Shown here in pieces: positions 27,491 through 40,609 of a DNA stretch of 64,000 bases. The DNA is from Octopus sinensis (lineage: Eukaryota). Under the pieces are notes generated by a model. The model did not search any database and was not told where the DNA came from. It saw only the letters and a program-made list of their open reading frames with translations. The position numbers and the translations under genes were made by a program. The stretch lies in NCBI RefSeq assembly GCF_006345805.1, contig NC_042999.1:9982001-10046000 (forward strand), given 5' to 3'. Within the stretch, counting starts at the first letter, position 1; every line of letters starts with the position of its first letter.

Positions 27491-29589
27491 ATAAATGATT
27501 TCTTTAACAGGCTCGTAGTGTGTCTGGGCGATGGACACAAACCAATAAATGGAATTTATGCGTGTAATCTTCGATATTTATTCTTTATATGACACAAACG
27601 ACGAGATGGTCAAAACTGGAACGCCTTCGAGGCTAAACAACAACAGCAATAGCACTACTACCACTTACCCACCACCACAATTAGCAACTCCAACACCTCC
27701 ATTCACCACTGCCACCAATCCCATCGTGACGGACACTACTATCTCTATCATCTCCACCACCACCAAAAATACCATCACCACCACCACCACCCCTCAATCA
27801 CAATTATCATACCCCACCCTTATTACCACAATCATCACCACCGGCACCACCGCCACCACCACCACAATCAATGCAAGTTTGCTCCCTAGAAAAACACGAA
27901 GCAAAGTAGAGAAATCGGTCAAATATTGTTAGCGGACGAAGTGCCCCTTAATTATTGGACGGATTTTTACAAGGTAGGATGAGCAGGGTGGGGGAGTCAT
28001 CGAGGGAGCTGGATAGGAAGGGGTTAGCGAGAGAGCTTGATTGGAGGGGGTCACCGAGATAAGGAGCTTATAATTGAAAGGTTCTTGAAAGGAATGAAAA
28101 ATCAATAGGAAGGAAAAGAAGGATGAGAAAGCTAAGAATGAAGACCTTCTTTAATCCCCGAAAGGAAGCAGAAGATTAATAATTAATTTGATGGGTCATC
28201 AACTATAAATAAACATTACCAAATTTACCTGTCATAAATTTTGAAAGGATTTCGAATTCCAGGTAGGACAGTGCGACATAAACCCTCCACCACCACTACC
28301 GCCGAACCTTGTTAAAATAATAAAACAAGGAAAATATTCGTTCGTTTCAAGGATTTGGTAGGAAAAAAAAGGGAAAACTGGAAAACTACAAAATGGTTTG
28401 TAAAATTTTAGTTGCTGTTCCCTAGCAACAAGTCATCCCTGATCAAGGAGATATTTGACTAAAAAGACATTCTGTTGGTGACCATCATGTCTTTTATTCA
28501 GGCACAGTGTGTCTTGGATTATATAGTCTTCCGTATTTTTTTTTTAAGAAAAAGGTGGTGGTGATAGGGGAGGTGGATCTCCGTCGTTCGACGATAAAGA
28601 TCTTCAACTGTTCGAGATCAACTGAATTATCTACTCCTGAATTAACGCGTAAGTGGTTGAGTATACGCCAGACACGTGTGACAGAGCCGCACCGTTTGAA
28701 TTCCGAGTACAATCCACTCAGCAGGCTTCTGTTCAGTTTCCTTCGAACGCAACTTCATTCACAAGGAATGGGTTGGTCCAAGGTTATAAGAAATGGTATT
28801 TGTCGAAGATGCGAAGCAACGGGATTAAATCAGGAACCTCGTGGTTGCAAAGCGTACCCCTTAACCATTCGGCCCCTACTGTGCCTACGTTAAAAGAATA
28901 GTTTGTGATTTAAGAGGAATTTAGTATTTCTAACAAATCCAGTGACCCCATAAAGGGTCTCTTCGATGGCTCGGCACAATTTTAGTTTCGCCCTTTATGA
29001 TCAGAAGTCCTGATGGGAAATAAATGCGAGCTTCTGCTGGTTTATATTTGGGCTTAGCAACAGATGAGACCAGAATATTTTGTTATTTTAGTGGTATGGT
29101 CAGAGAAGCCTGGATCATTTTCAGGGTCTCCGACACTAGAAGGAGAGGATGAAGCTAATCTTGGACCGAAGATCTGACCTCCAATTTTTGCTTCAGACTG
29201 GAATCTCCAATAATCCCCCAAGGGACCAGGGTCGGTGTTAAACCGGACGAATAATTATATCTACCACCCAAAAGCTGGAAGGGTGCCTCTGGTGGGCCGC
29301 CAAAACACTTTCCGTTCATCAAATTTCAGTTACAGGGGTTCGGTTTCAGACATTTACTCAAGGAGTCAATAAATGTACTGCTTTGCGGTTAGACGAACTT
29401 AAAACCTTGCAGATCTTTACTATCAGTTCTGAGAGTATATCTTTCTGAAGCATTTGATTCTTAAGATCTCTGAAAGCTGTATTCTTCCGTCTTTTACTTC
29501 ATGTTGTTGTCGTCTACTGTTTTTCACTTTACGGCAAAAAGTGTCGACTGTTATAGCATTTTTCACTCCAGCGTTACCTTCAGCAAATA

Positions 29590-30126
29590 CCGTAAATCCT
29601 CGAGTATAGTCCGCCCTTGAGTATAATACATGGAGTACTTTTAGGGGGCTGTACCTCTGAAAAACCTAAACCTTGTGTATAATGCGCACCTCTTCTCTAA
29701 CTTGTGTCAAGGTGTTCTATATAACGTCCTTGGTTTGTAAAAATGTATAGGTTAATGTCCTTTATTATTATTGTATATATAACATAATGCAAACGTGTAG
29801 CTTTTTTGTGCATTTTGTTTGCATAAAATAAAGAAATAACAGTAATAACAGCAATAACGTTTAATAAATGTTGCTTACTGCAAGTTATGGATGATTCTTT
29901 TATGACTTCATTGCTTTCAGGCTTAGCTTAAGATATTTTCGTGTCCGACATCACAAAATGCGTCTGCGTATGAAGGTGAGAATGACCATACTAACATAGA
30001 GCAAGTAGAGATTCGGACATTGCTTAGAAAATATTTTTCGTTTTTAACCTCGTATATAGTACGCACTAGGGATTTTGACCGTTAAATTTTGGTGGGGGGA
30101 TGTGGATTATACACGAGGATTTACGG
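29590..30126. mobile_element. Tc1/mariner-superfamily (Tc2/pogo-like) MITE
   Basis: TA|CCGTAAATCCTCGAGTATA ... TATACACGAGGATTTACGG|TA: terminal inverted repeats with a TA TSD; 537 bp, non-coding. Confidence 0.85.
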
Positions 30127-30404
30127 TACGTAAACACAAGCGCACACACACACTCTCTCTTTCTCTGCCTTACCTTTCAACTATACCACTTCCCCCCTAC
30201 GCTAAACACGATCTATTTCTCTTCCTTTCTACCTCTTCCCTTCACTATTTAACCACACAATATAAGAGCAATCCCTTTCCTCTTGCTCTCACCGCTAACA
30301 CTCTTCTCTCCTTTTCCATTTCCCTTCAACTAACCACGAGGCAGCGCGACGTATTTGGTCTTAGCGTAACAACAGCAAAATGAAACACTTTTAATAAGAT
30401 TGTG

Positions 30405-30812
30405 CGGCTGTGTGGTAAGTAGCTTGTTTACCAGCCACATGGTTCCGGGTTCAGTCCCACTGCGTGGCACCTTGGGCAAGTGTCTTCTGCTATAGCCCCG
30501 GGCCGACCAAAGCCTTGTGAGTGGATTTGGTAGACAGAAACTGAAAGAAGCCCGTCGTATATATGTATATATATATATATGTCTGTGTGTGTTCGTGTGT
30601 CTGTGTTTGTCCCCCTAGCATTGCTTGACAACCGATGCTGGTGTGTTTACGTCCCTGTCACTTAACGGTTCGGCAAAAGAGACCGATAGAATTAGTACTG
30701 GGCTTACAAAAGAATAAGTCCTGGGGGTCGATTTGCTCGACTAAAGGCGGTGCTCCAGCATGGCCGCAGTCAAATGACTGAAACAAGTAAAAGAGTAAAG
30801 AGAGTAAAGAGA
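30405..30812 (+). mobile_element. SINE family A
   Basis: GGCTGTGTGGTAAGTAGC...AAGTAAAAGAGTAAAG. Confidence 0.9.
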
Positions 30813-31356
30813 CTACCTTCCCTGATTAGTTGTAGCTGCTGATGACAGTAACAACTTCCTACAATTTTACAAGCTGACAATAATATTAGCCAGCGAAATT
30901 AAAATATCAACAAAGTCTTTAAGTGTTGTGGTAATACTTTTACTGTGTCAATGACTGGTAAGGACATGGCATTTCGTTAAACAACCACAATATACTACAA
31001 ATATATTATTAAACGCTTTCATAAGTCACTACTGTGTTAGCAATGCTTTTAAATCACTTTTTAAGGTATTTCTACGGATTTTCTACAAAAATTATCGCCG
31101 ACTTTGAATTTTTTATACGACGTATCGTATCCGAGACGCCAGATGTAAACAAACAATGGAATCGAAGATGAAAAATGGGCAATGGGCGTATATGATTATA
31201 TTCCAAGAGGTTTTGCTCATTCCTCAGCACCCATTAACCATCCACGAACTCATTGTTGGCCATAATTTCTATCGAAAATCTATAGAGATTAACTTTACAA
31301 ATTTTACTATGTTATACACTTGTATAAACATGGGCCCAATGAAAGGAACGAATTCT

Positions 31357-31589
31357 TATTTCTTTACAGCCCACAAGGGGCTACACACAGAGGGGACAAA
31401 CAAGGACAGACAAACGGATTAAGTCGATTATATCGACTCCAGTGCATAACTGGTACTTATTTAATCGACCCCGAAAGGATGAAAGGCAAAATCGACCTCG
31501 GCGGAATTCGAATTCAGAACGTAGCGACAGAGGAAATACTGCTCAGCATTTCGCCCGGCCTGCTAACGTTTCTGCCAGCTCGCCGCCTT
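31357..31589 (-). mobile_element. SINE family B
   Basis: Matches 24449-24680. Confidence 0.88.
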
Positions 31590-31865
31590 GAAAGGAACGA
31601 ATTCTAGCGACGTGAATATTTAATTTACAAAACACAGAAGTATGTGCGTACAATCACATCTAACACGTTCATGTACACTAGGACGTGGGAAGCCCCTTTG
31701 CTGCAATAGTCGCAGGAGAAAGTTCTCAACAACAATATGTGTGGTAACACATCAGTGAGCTACGGCGTCGATGGAACGCAAGACGCATGCATTTCCTCTA
31801 TGTTACAGGTTGACCAAGCTTTGCACACATCAGCAAAAGCAATATTTGCGGTTCTTCAAATTCGA

Positions 31866-32400
31866 TGACTGGCATCCGTGCTGGCAGGGTGCAAAGAGCA
31901 CCATAGGAGTGTAATCATTGACAGAGCGGCTAACCGGCCTCCATGCTAGTGGCACTTAAAAGGCACCATTCGAGCATGATCGTTACCAGCGTCGCCTTAC
32001 TAGCACTTGTGCCTGTGCTAGTAGGGTGCCAAGAACACCATCCGAGTGTGATCGTTGCCAGAACGGCTAACTGGCTTCCGTGTCAGTGGCACGTAAAAGG
32101 CACCATTCGAACGTGATCGTTACCAACGTCGCCTTACTGCCACCTGTGCCGGTAGCATGTGTAAAAAGATTCGAGCGAGGTCATTGCCAGTACCGCCTGA
32201 CTGGCCCTCATGCCAGTGGCACGTAAAAGCACCCACTACACTCTCAGAGTAGTTGGCATTAGGAAGGGCATCCAGCTGTAGAAACTCTGCCAGATCAAGA
32301 TTGAAGCCTGGTGCAGCCTTCTGGTTCGCCAGCCCTCAGTCAAAATCGTCCAACCCATGCTAGCATGGAAAGCGGACGTTAAACAATGATGATGATGATG
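31866..32400 (+). mobile_element. RTE 3' UTR/tail fragment with tandem subrepeats
   Basis: GTGGCACGTAAAAGCACC units, then GGCATTAGGAAGGGCATCCAGC...CCATGCTAGCATGG...(GAT)n. Other tail-only copies at ~36070, 38170, 48860, 53160, 54050, 54480, 56670, 59288, 60755 and 63400. Confidence 0.8.
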
Positions 32401-33165
32401 ATGGTGTTTGCTTCCCATCCACAGGTACTCAGGTTCAGTTCCATTGCATGGCTCCTTAGGCAAGTGTTTCTTAATCCCTGGGCTGACCAAAGCCTTGTGA
32501 GTACATTTCGAAGACAGAAAGTTAATGAAGCCCATCATTTATATATATATGTAGGTGCAGGAGTGGCTGTGTGGTAAGTAGCTTGCTTACCAACCACACG
32601 GTTCCAGGTTCAGTTCCACTGTGTAGCACCTTGGGCAAGTGTCTTCTACTATAGCCTAGGGCTAACCAAAGCCTTGTGAGTGGATTTGGTAGACGGAAAC
32701 TGAAAGAAGCCCGTCGTATATATGTATATACATATATATGTGTGTGTGTGTTTGTTCCCCTAATATTGCTTGACAACTGATCCTGGTGTGTTTATGTCCC
32801 CGTAACATAGCTGTTCGGCAAAAGAGACCGATAGAATAAGTACTAGGCTTACAAAGAATAAGTCCTGGGGTTGATTTGTTCGACTAAAGGCAGTGCTCCA
32901 GCATGGCTGCAGTCAAATGACTGAAACAAGTAAAAGAGTAAAAGAGAGAGTATATGTTTGTGTGTGTGTGTTTGCCCCCCCCCCCATCATCGCTTGACAA
33001 CCGATGTTGGTGTGTTTACATCCCTGTAACTTAGCAGTTCGACAACAGGGAGTGATAGAATAAGTCCTAGGCTTACAAAGAATAAGTTCTAGGGTTGATT
33101 TGTTCGACTAAAGGTGGTGCTCCAGCATGGCCACAGTGAAGACTGAAACAAACAAAAGAATAAAT
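32400..33165 (+). mobile_element. SINE family A nested in another family A copy
   Basis: Full copy ~32554-32950 sits in the microsatellite linker between the 5' half (32400-32540) and 3' half (32950-33165) of an older copy. Confidence 0.75.
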
Positions 33166-34332
33166 GTGATCGCGTGTGTATCGTTGGCAATGTATTTTTA
33201 CTCCATCTTCCCTTCCTTGGACCTTTCCTTTTTCTATGTTTCTGACAAAGAGCTCCGCTCAAAACGTTAAACCCTCCTTCTTACCTTCCTTTCCTGAGTG
33301 TCCAATAACACTGTACTTGTTCCACGTCCTCGCGTTGTTGTTTTCTCTTTGTGTTTTTATGTTTGGATTAACTTTACATATGTATAGGTTTGACCCTGTT
33401 CAGTCCACTGCAGGACAAAGGCCTCAGCATGTTCTCTCCTCCTCCCTCAACCATGGTCTGATGTGAAGGCTGTGAATCTGGTTTGATAAGCCTCCTCTGG
33501 TACAGTGGCTCAACATGGTTTGACAGCACAGTGCAACTTTTATACTCACACCCAGTAGTTGTTAAGTTGATTTCATCAACCCCCCAGTACTCAACTGGTA
33601 CTTTATTTTACTGACCCTGAAAGGATGAAAGGCAAAGTCACCCTCAGCAGAATTTGAACTCAGAACATAAGGACAGACGAAATACTGCTAAGCAGCTCAC
33701 CCAGCATGCTAACAACTCTGCCAATTTGCCACCATATATATATGTTGAGAGAGAGAGAGAGAGAGGGAGAGAGTCTATGCCTTCCTGTCTTGATATTGTA
33801 TGATTGTTGTAAATGGATGTATTTCCAATATTCTGCAAAAACATGTCTGGCCACAAGGAAATATTAATTTGCTTGGAAACAAATGAAGGTTGATGACAGG
33901 AAAGGCATCTGAGCATAGAAAATTTGCATCATACAAGCAAGGAAAACTGGATCCAAAAATGGAAGAAAACAATGAAGATAATGAAGTAGGACCCATTGAG
34001 ATTCCACATTTTATAATTGGTAATTCTTTTGATGCATAAATTTTATAACACCGTTTCATTAAATGAAAATTTTCAATTCTCCTTTGTTTTATTCCATAGT
34101 AAAAGTGATTGAGAGGGTAAATCCAAGAAGAATCATCATTATTTAACATCCGCTTTATGTGCTCATATGGGGTGGATGAGAAGTTTTCTGTCAGAAGAGG
34201 GAATGAACCTAAAAGCTTTCTCAGTGATACAGACTAAACAAAATAAGCTAAAAAGATAACAAAATAAAGAATCTAAATAAATAAATTTATTTACAAAAGC
34301 ACTAATATTCTATTAAACAAATAGCTTTTTTA

Positions 34333-34465
34333 TCAATTTCGTCGTAATCCTATCAACGTAGCATCAGCTTCCAGTAACGTCACGTGTTTTACGGAACCCA
34401 GGAAGGCAGCAGACATCTCAAAGTCATTCAGTAACAGCTTTACTTGAGTGCCACGACGGTATTCA
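34333..34465 (-). CDS. MRPS28: MRPS28 coding exon 2 (terminal)
   Basis: Acceptor ttttgcatttccAG. T completes CAT, then EYRRGTQVKLLLNDFEMSAAFLGSVKHVTLLEADATLIGLRRN*, resembling human [39 protein letters not shown]. Minus-strand AATAAA at 34291-34286. Confidence 0.95.
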
Positions 34466-36441
34466 CTGGAAATGCAAAAAAAAAAAAGAAAAATTTAATT
34501 TATAAAAATATAAACATAAAAATATGTATATGATATATTATAAATAAATAAAAGACAGATAGACAGGTAGATATGTAGATAGACAGGTAGGTAGATAAAA
34601 AAAAAAGATCATCATATTCATTTAACCTCAGTTTTCCATGCTGGCAAGGGTTGGACAGTTCGACTGGGGTCTGGGATGCCAGGAGGCTGCACCAGGCTCC
34701 AGTCAGATCTGGTAGTGTTTGGTTGCATTTATAATACTGGTCTCAAATCTTCACACAAGGCCAGCAATTTCGGTGTGGGGGGAAGGAGTAAGTCAATTAC
34801 ATCAACCCCAGTACATGACTGGTATATCTTTTATCGACCCCGAAATGGATGAAAGGCAAAATGAACCGTGATGGAATTTGAACTCAAAGCATCATGATAA
34901 CTGAAACATTTCCTCCAACATGCAAAGAATCCTGTCAGCCTCTTCAGGATGTATTTGTAATATTTCATCTTTTATACACCTCGGACATAAATGACTTCCA
35001 GGAAGAGGCAAGCTGGGTATCATTCCACAATGCCTAGAAAGTCCCGGTGACACAAGTGCCAGGGCGTCACAGAGTAACAGAAACACTTGAACCAAGTGGC
35101 CATAAGCTAACAAAAATGGAGGAGTAGTTCTAGTCCAAAGATATTAATTGGTTCTTGGAAACAGCTAAGTGAGAAGGTGATTGACGTGTCTATATAATGA
35201 CTGGTACTGCAGTCACCCTAGTAACTAAGAGGTCTGAGTTGGAGAAGGAAACAGTGACCCTCTCCTACACCACGAACTAGAAAGAACTAAGGGTTTGAGG
35301 CAGTGGTTCAAAGAGACACGGGAAGAGGAGAAGGTGGGTCTCTCACAAAACAAGTTCGAAAAGAGAAGTTATCACCGGTCTACTTTCATAGTGATCTCTT
35401 TTACACTCACACCATGAACACACTGTTCACATCTGCTGAGGTGAGGCACTTGGGGCTGCCATCCATGGCACAAGATTGGGAGCTAAAAATCAACCTTCAA
35501 AAATAACAGAAGTTCTCAGAAACTGTTGCCACAATTTTACTAACGTCAGACAGTGCTGGTTCCAGAAGCTTCCAATGAGGTCAGTATATTGGTACTCTCC
35601 ATTCCCTGTGAGGAACACAATGGGAAGGCTGACAAGAGGAAGAGAGCAGAAATATGCAGAACAGGTGAGAAAATGCTGAAGCAAGGTGTGAACACACTGA
35701 GATGGGATGCAGAGGGTTCACAGGTCAGTCACTCTGCAAGAGGGACTGACAAGACCAAAGTACTGGGCATCACAAGAGGTCAGTAGGTTTAGGGCCATTT
35801 GCTTAACCACCAAAACAGCAGACGTTACTCCAAGGAAGGGAAAACCAGGGGTTGAGTAGTTACCAAATTTTAGGGTCAGATAAATGTAATCATTTAAACA
35901 TAAATACAGCAATTTTAAATATCAAATAATAATAATAATAACAAATGCTGTTCTAATTACAAAATATGTGAAGTTTTAAAGAAAACTGAATGTATGTAAA
36001 CTACTCGAAGATGTGTCCAAAGAAAGTGTCACTGGGTTTCCTCTCAAAAGAATTTGATTCGCTGAATCATCATCATTATCATCATCGTTTAACGTCCGCT
36101 TTCCATGCTAGCATGGGTTGGACGATTTGGCTGAGGTCTGGCGAACCAAACTCCAATCTGATCTGGCAGAGTTCCTACAGCTGGATGCCCTTCCTAACAC
36201 CAACACATAATATTGGATAGAAATAAAACAATTATATATTTTTAATTAGTACTTTCTGCCAGCCCTTTTAAGTTTTATTCAATGCTTTTTAGCATTGTTT
36301 TTATAAAATCAGTACTTTTCGGTATTCTGAGTGGGTGGCCATGCTTAGGTTTAATGGATTAAAAAACAGCCAAACATTTGGTACAATTTGAAAACTTTTC
36401 AACTCTTCATTGCTACAAATTACCCAAATTGAGCAATTTCT

Positions 36442-37645
36442 TTCATCATCATCATCATTTAGCGTCCGTTCTCCATGCTAGCATGGGTTGGACGGTTCAC
36501 CTGGGGTCTGTGAAGCTGGAAGGCTTCGTCAGGCCCAGTCAGATCTGGCAGTGTTTCTACGGCTGGATGCCCTTCCTAACGCCAACCACTCCGTGAGTGT
36601 AGTGGGTGCTTTTTACGTGCCACCTGCACAGGTGCCAGACAGAGCTGGCAAACAGCCACGAACGGACGGTGCTTTTACGTGTCACCGGCACGGGGCCAGG
36701 CGATGCTGGCAATGGACACGAACGGATGGTACTTTTACGTGCCACCGACACGGGGCCAGACGGAGCTGGCAAACGGCCACGAACGGATGGTGCTTTTACG
36801 TGTCACCGGCACGGGGGCCAGGTGAGGCTGGCAACGGACACGAACGGATGGTGCTTTTACGTGCCACCGACACGGGGCCAGACAGAGCTGGCAAACGGCC
36901 ACGAACGGATGGTGCTTTTACGTGTCACCGACATGGGGGCCAGGCGAGGCTGGCAGCTGACATGAACAGATGTTTCACTTAACCACTGCTTTCTGATATA
37001 TGATTTGATTTGGTTTGATTTTGATTGTTCTCACTGGTCTTGCCGGGTCTTCTCACGCACAGCATACTTCCATAGGTCTCGGTCTCTGGTCATTTCCTTG
37101 GTGAGACCTAAAGTTCGAAGGTCGTGCTTCACCACCTCGACCCAGGTTTTCCTGGGTCTACCTCTTCCACAGATCCCGTCAACTGCCAGGTTGGGGAACT
37201 TTTTCACACATCTATCTTCATCCATTCTTGCCACATGGCCATACCAGCGTAATCGTCTCTCTTGCACACAACATCTGATGCTTCTTAGGCCCAACTTTTC
37301 TCTCAAGGTACTTACACTCTGTCGACTATGAACACTGACATTACACATCCAACGGAGCATACTAGCTTCATTTCTTGCGAGCTTACGCAAATCCTCAGCA
37401 GTCACAGCCCAAGTTTCACTACCATGTAGCATGGCTGTACGTACACATGCATCATACAGTCTGCCTCTTACTTTGAGCGAGAGGCCTTTTGTCACCAGCA
37501 GGAGTAAGAGCTCTCTAAACTTTGCCCAGGCTATTCTTACTCTAGCAGTTACACTTTCAGCACACCCGCCCCCGCGACTGACTTGGTCACCTAGGTAGCG
37601 GAAGCTATCAACTACTTCTAGTTTTTCTCCCTGAAACGTGATAGA
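36442..37645 (-). mobile_element. 5'-truncated RTE LINE in the MRPS28 intron
   Basis: ORF 37031-37495 ...LYDACVRTAMLHGSETW...RRLRWYGHVARM...GRGRPRKTW; 3' UTR with ~60-bp tandem repeats (36600-36960) and a (GAT)n tail. Confidence 0.92.
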
Positions 37646-37648
37646 AGA

Positions 37649-37683
<35 letters not shown>

Positions 37684-37684
<1 letters not shown>

Positions 37685-38070
37685 GGTGGCGAGCTGGCGG
37701 AAACGTTAGCACGCCGGGAGAAATGCTTAGCAGTATTTTGTCTGCCGCTACGCTCTGAGTTCAAATTCCGACGTGGTCGACTTTACCTTTCATCTTTTCA
37801 GGGTCGATAAATTAGGTAGCAGTTACGTACTGGGGTCGATGTAATCGACTTAATCCGTTTGTCTGTCCTTGTTTGTCCCCTCTGTGTTTAGCTCCTTGTG
37901 GGTAGTAAAGAAATAGGTATTTCGTCTGTCTTTACGTTCTGAGTTCAAATTCTGCTGAGGTCGACTTTGCCTTTCATCCTTTCAAGGTCAAAAGAATTAG
38001 AACCAGTTATGTACTGGGTGGTCGATGTAATTAACTTAATCCCTTCTCCCACATTTGAGGCCTTGTGCTT
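37684..38070 (+). mobile_element. SINE family B, full copy plus an adjacent partial copy
   Basis: GGTGGCGAGCTGGCGGAAACG...AAAGAAATAGG followed by a second partial body; next to (TTA)n. Confidence 0.82.
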
Positions 38071-38519
38071 CAATTATAAAGGATTATCATTATTATTATT
38101 ATTATTGTTGTTGTTGTTATTTTGGCACAAGGCCAGCAATTTCAGAGGGAGAAAGCAACCATATGAATGTGATCTATGCCAGTGCTGCCTGACTGGCTCC
38201 CTTGCCAATGGCATGTAAAGGGCACCCACTACACTCTTGAAGTGGTTGATGTTAGGAAGAGCATCCAGCTGATGAAACCTTGCCAGATCAAGATTGGAGC
38301 CTGGTGCAGCCATCTGGTTCGCCAGCCCTCAGTCAAATCGTCCAACCCATGCCAGCATGGAAAGTGGACGTTAAACAATGATGATGATGATGATGAAATA
38401 ACTCAAATACATTCACCGCAGAATTTGACTTATTTGGTCAACATAGATGGGGGTGAAAGGTAGAAATTTGTCTCAGCGGGATTTGAACACAGATTGTTAA
38501 GAACAGTGGGAACATAGTC

Positions 38520-38912
38520 GCAGGCATGGCTGTGTGGTAAGAAGCTTGCTTACCAGCCACATGGTTCCAGGTTCAGTCCTACTGCATGGAACCTTGGGCA
38601 CGGGTCTTCTGCTATAGTCTTGGGCAGACCAAAGCCTAGTGAGTGGATTTGGCAGGCGGTCACTGAAAGAAGCCCGTCGTGTATATATATATGTGTGTGT
38701 GTGTATGTATGTATGTATATGTTTGTCCCCCCACCATCGCTTGACAACCGGTGTCGGTGTGTTTACGTCCCCGTAACATAGCGATTCGGCAACAGAGACT
38801 GATAAAATAAGTACTAGGCTTACGAAGAATAAGTCCTGGAGTCGATTTGTTCGACTAAAGGCAGTGCTCCAGCATGGCCGCAGTCAAATGACTGAAACAA
38901 GTAAAAGAATAA
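38520..38912 (+). mobile_element. SINE family A in the MRPS28 intron
   Basis: Family A head and tail. Further partial copies at ~9465, 13580, 20120, 21545, 53640, 54270, 55105 and 62385. Confidence 0.85.
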
Positions 38913-38985
38913 ACAGGAGGAGAATGCCACTGGACATTTTAGTCCGCTTTGCTAACAATTCAACCAGACACGGAAAAGTATTTTG

Positions 38986-39244
38986 GGTACTACTTGAGAA
39001 CAGGGGTCCCGGTGCGCGCACTCGCGTAGTCTCGTATCCGCGCTAGCTAGTTGTGACTAGTCGATCCTACAACGACTAGCTAGCAAAGTAAATAAAACAC
39101 AAAATGAATCATTTTTGTTAAACAAAGTAAAAAAAACCCAAAGTAAATAAAACACAAAAACACAAAGTAAGGAATGACTAGTCATGACTGGCTAGTGCGG
39201 ATGCGCGAGTGCGCGCACCGGGATCACTGTTCTCTAGTAGTACC
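38986..39244. mobile_element. MITE with GG...CC termini and long TIRs (Merlin-like), copy 1
   Basis: GGTACTACTTGAGAACAGGGGTCCCGGTGCGCGCACTCGC / GCGAGTGCGCGCACCGGGATCACTGTTCTCTAGTAGTACC; flanks AGTATTTTG / AGTATTTTT. Confidence 0.8.
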
Positions 39245-39289
39245 AGTATTTTTAGTGAGAGAAACAAGAAATCGTGGTTCGATACTCAC

Positions 39290-39693
39290 TGAGGTCGGAG
39301 GTGAGGTCTTTTACACACGCAATGGAATTTACCCCCAAAGTCGATATAAAGGTCATTATCTTGAACTTCGATAATTTTACCAAGCACAACCCGTCCGGAA
39401 GGATCTCCCAGCTGAAACAGTTTGGAATCTCGAAGCAAAGTCGCAAAGGACCTGTCATCATCAGGTTGCTCCTCTTCCGCTTCAATTTCGCCCGGTTTCT
39501 CTTCCCAAAGTTCCACGGCCTTCACAAACTTGGTAAGAGTTGATTCAATCGATGCCTTCTTTCCCGGCACATCCTTTTTATCTGAGGGAGAGTCTGAATA
39601 CTGTTTATATAAAAGAGACAGGGAACTAGGGCGCACATTCCATCGAACAGTCCGTAAGTTGGAAGCGAACCTTCCCACAATGGAAGCTGCCAT
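39290..39693 (-). CDS. MRPS28: Mitochondrial ribosomal protein S28 (bS1m), coding exon 1
   Basis: [27 protein letters not shown]... (presequence-like N-terminus) ...[49 protein letters not shown] matches the MRPS28 signature [14 protein letters not shown]. Donor GTGAGT follows 39290 (phase 2, CA|). Confidence 0.96.
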
Positions 39694-39700
39694 TTTGTGT
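39686..39700 (-). promoter_or_regulatory. YY1-like motif overlapping the MRPS28 start codon
   Basis: Minus strand reads CAAAATGGCAGC, close to the YY1 consensus (C)AAGATGGCGGC that often overlaps housekeeping-gene ATGs. Confidence 0.3.
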
Positions 39701-40135
39701 GTAACTCTTCAATGGTTGTTACAAGTGATAGTGTATGGATGGATGATAGTGCAATAATTTTTCATGGACAGAAAATAGTGAAATCTCTCCGTTTTGGGAT
39801 TTGGTTTGCAAAATTCTTTATATGAGTTGGTGTGTTGAAGCATATTCTGTTGTGTCTGGGGAGAGTCATTCTCTTTTAGTGCCTTATAATTTAACACACT
39901 CACCGGTAAAATTTCCGCTCATTTACTTATTTTTATTCTCCTAAAATGTTCGTTGCGTCTTGCAACCTTCTCAATAGTTTTTAAAACTATTATAAGACAC
40001 AAAAAGAAAATGACTCTCCCCAGACACACCAGAAGATTATTAGGATTATATCGAAATTTACTGTAAAAAAATGTTTTCGGAGGGGCGGGGAAGAGGAGTT
40101 TCAGATAATTTACATGGATAATTATAGACAACTCA

Positions 40136-40460
40136 TTTTGTTCCTTTATAACTTTCTGGAAACGGAATATTTTTTAATAAAATTTTCCACAAATACGTCT
40201 CAGACAGTATAGATAGATTACGACTGTGTTGGAATTTGATGTGAAAAAATAATTTGGGAAAGGGTTAGGTAATCCACAGATCTCGACTTTGTTTCCTCAT
40301 ACGTTTTGATGAGGTGTGTGAATTATCGCCCCCATCACCAATTATTTTCTTTTTTTCCCATCAAATTCCGACATCATCGTAATCTACGCCATCTGAAACA
40401 TATTTGTTGAAACTTTTTTTTTTAAATATCTATTTTTCAGAAAATTATAAGGGAACAAAG
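40136..40460. mobile_element. Old palindromic MITE-like element
   Basis: 40137-40260 is a degenerate reverse complement of 40340-40460; related sequence at ~43590-43670. Confidence 0.55.
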
Positions 40461-40609
40461 TCGATGCTGGGGGGGGGGGGGACTCACATCTGTAGTTATG
40501 ACCTAACAAGGAACAGTTAAATGTTTCTGATAAAGCTTTTAGTAGCTTCTATGAACCGTCCTCTACTAGTCTGCTAGTATCACTAATATTGGTTCTATCG
40601 ATTAGATAT

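Noticed and set aside
34900-35860. Several short ORFs in the MRPS28 intron
   Set aside because: Fragmented, no splice-consistent exon needed for MRPS28; likely decayed retroelement.
36600-36965. CRISPR-like periodic array
   Set aside because: Eukaryotic LINE 3' UTR tandem repeat; the spacers are not unique and there are no cas genes.
39286-39693. Single-exon 135-aa MRPS28 ending RPQ*
   Set aside because: The stop lies in the GTGAGT donor; the conserved C-terminus is in the exon at 34465-34333.
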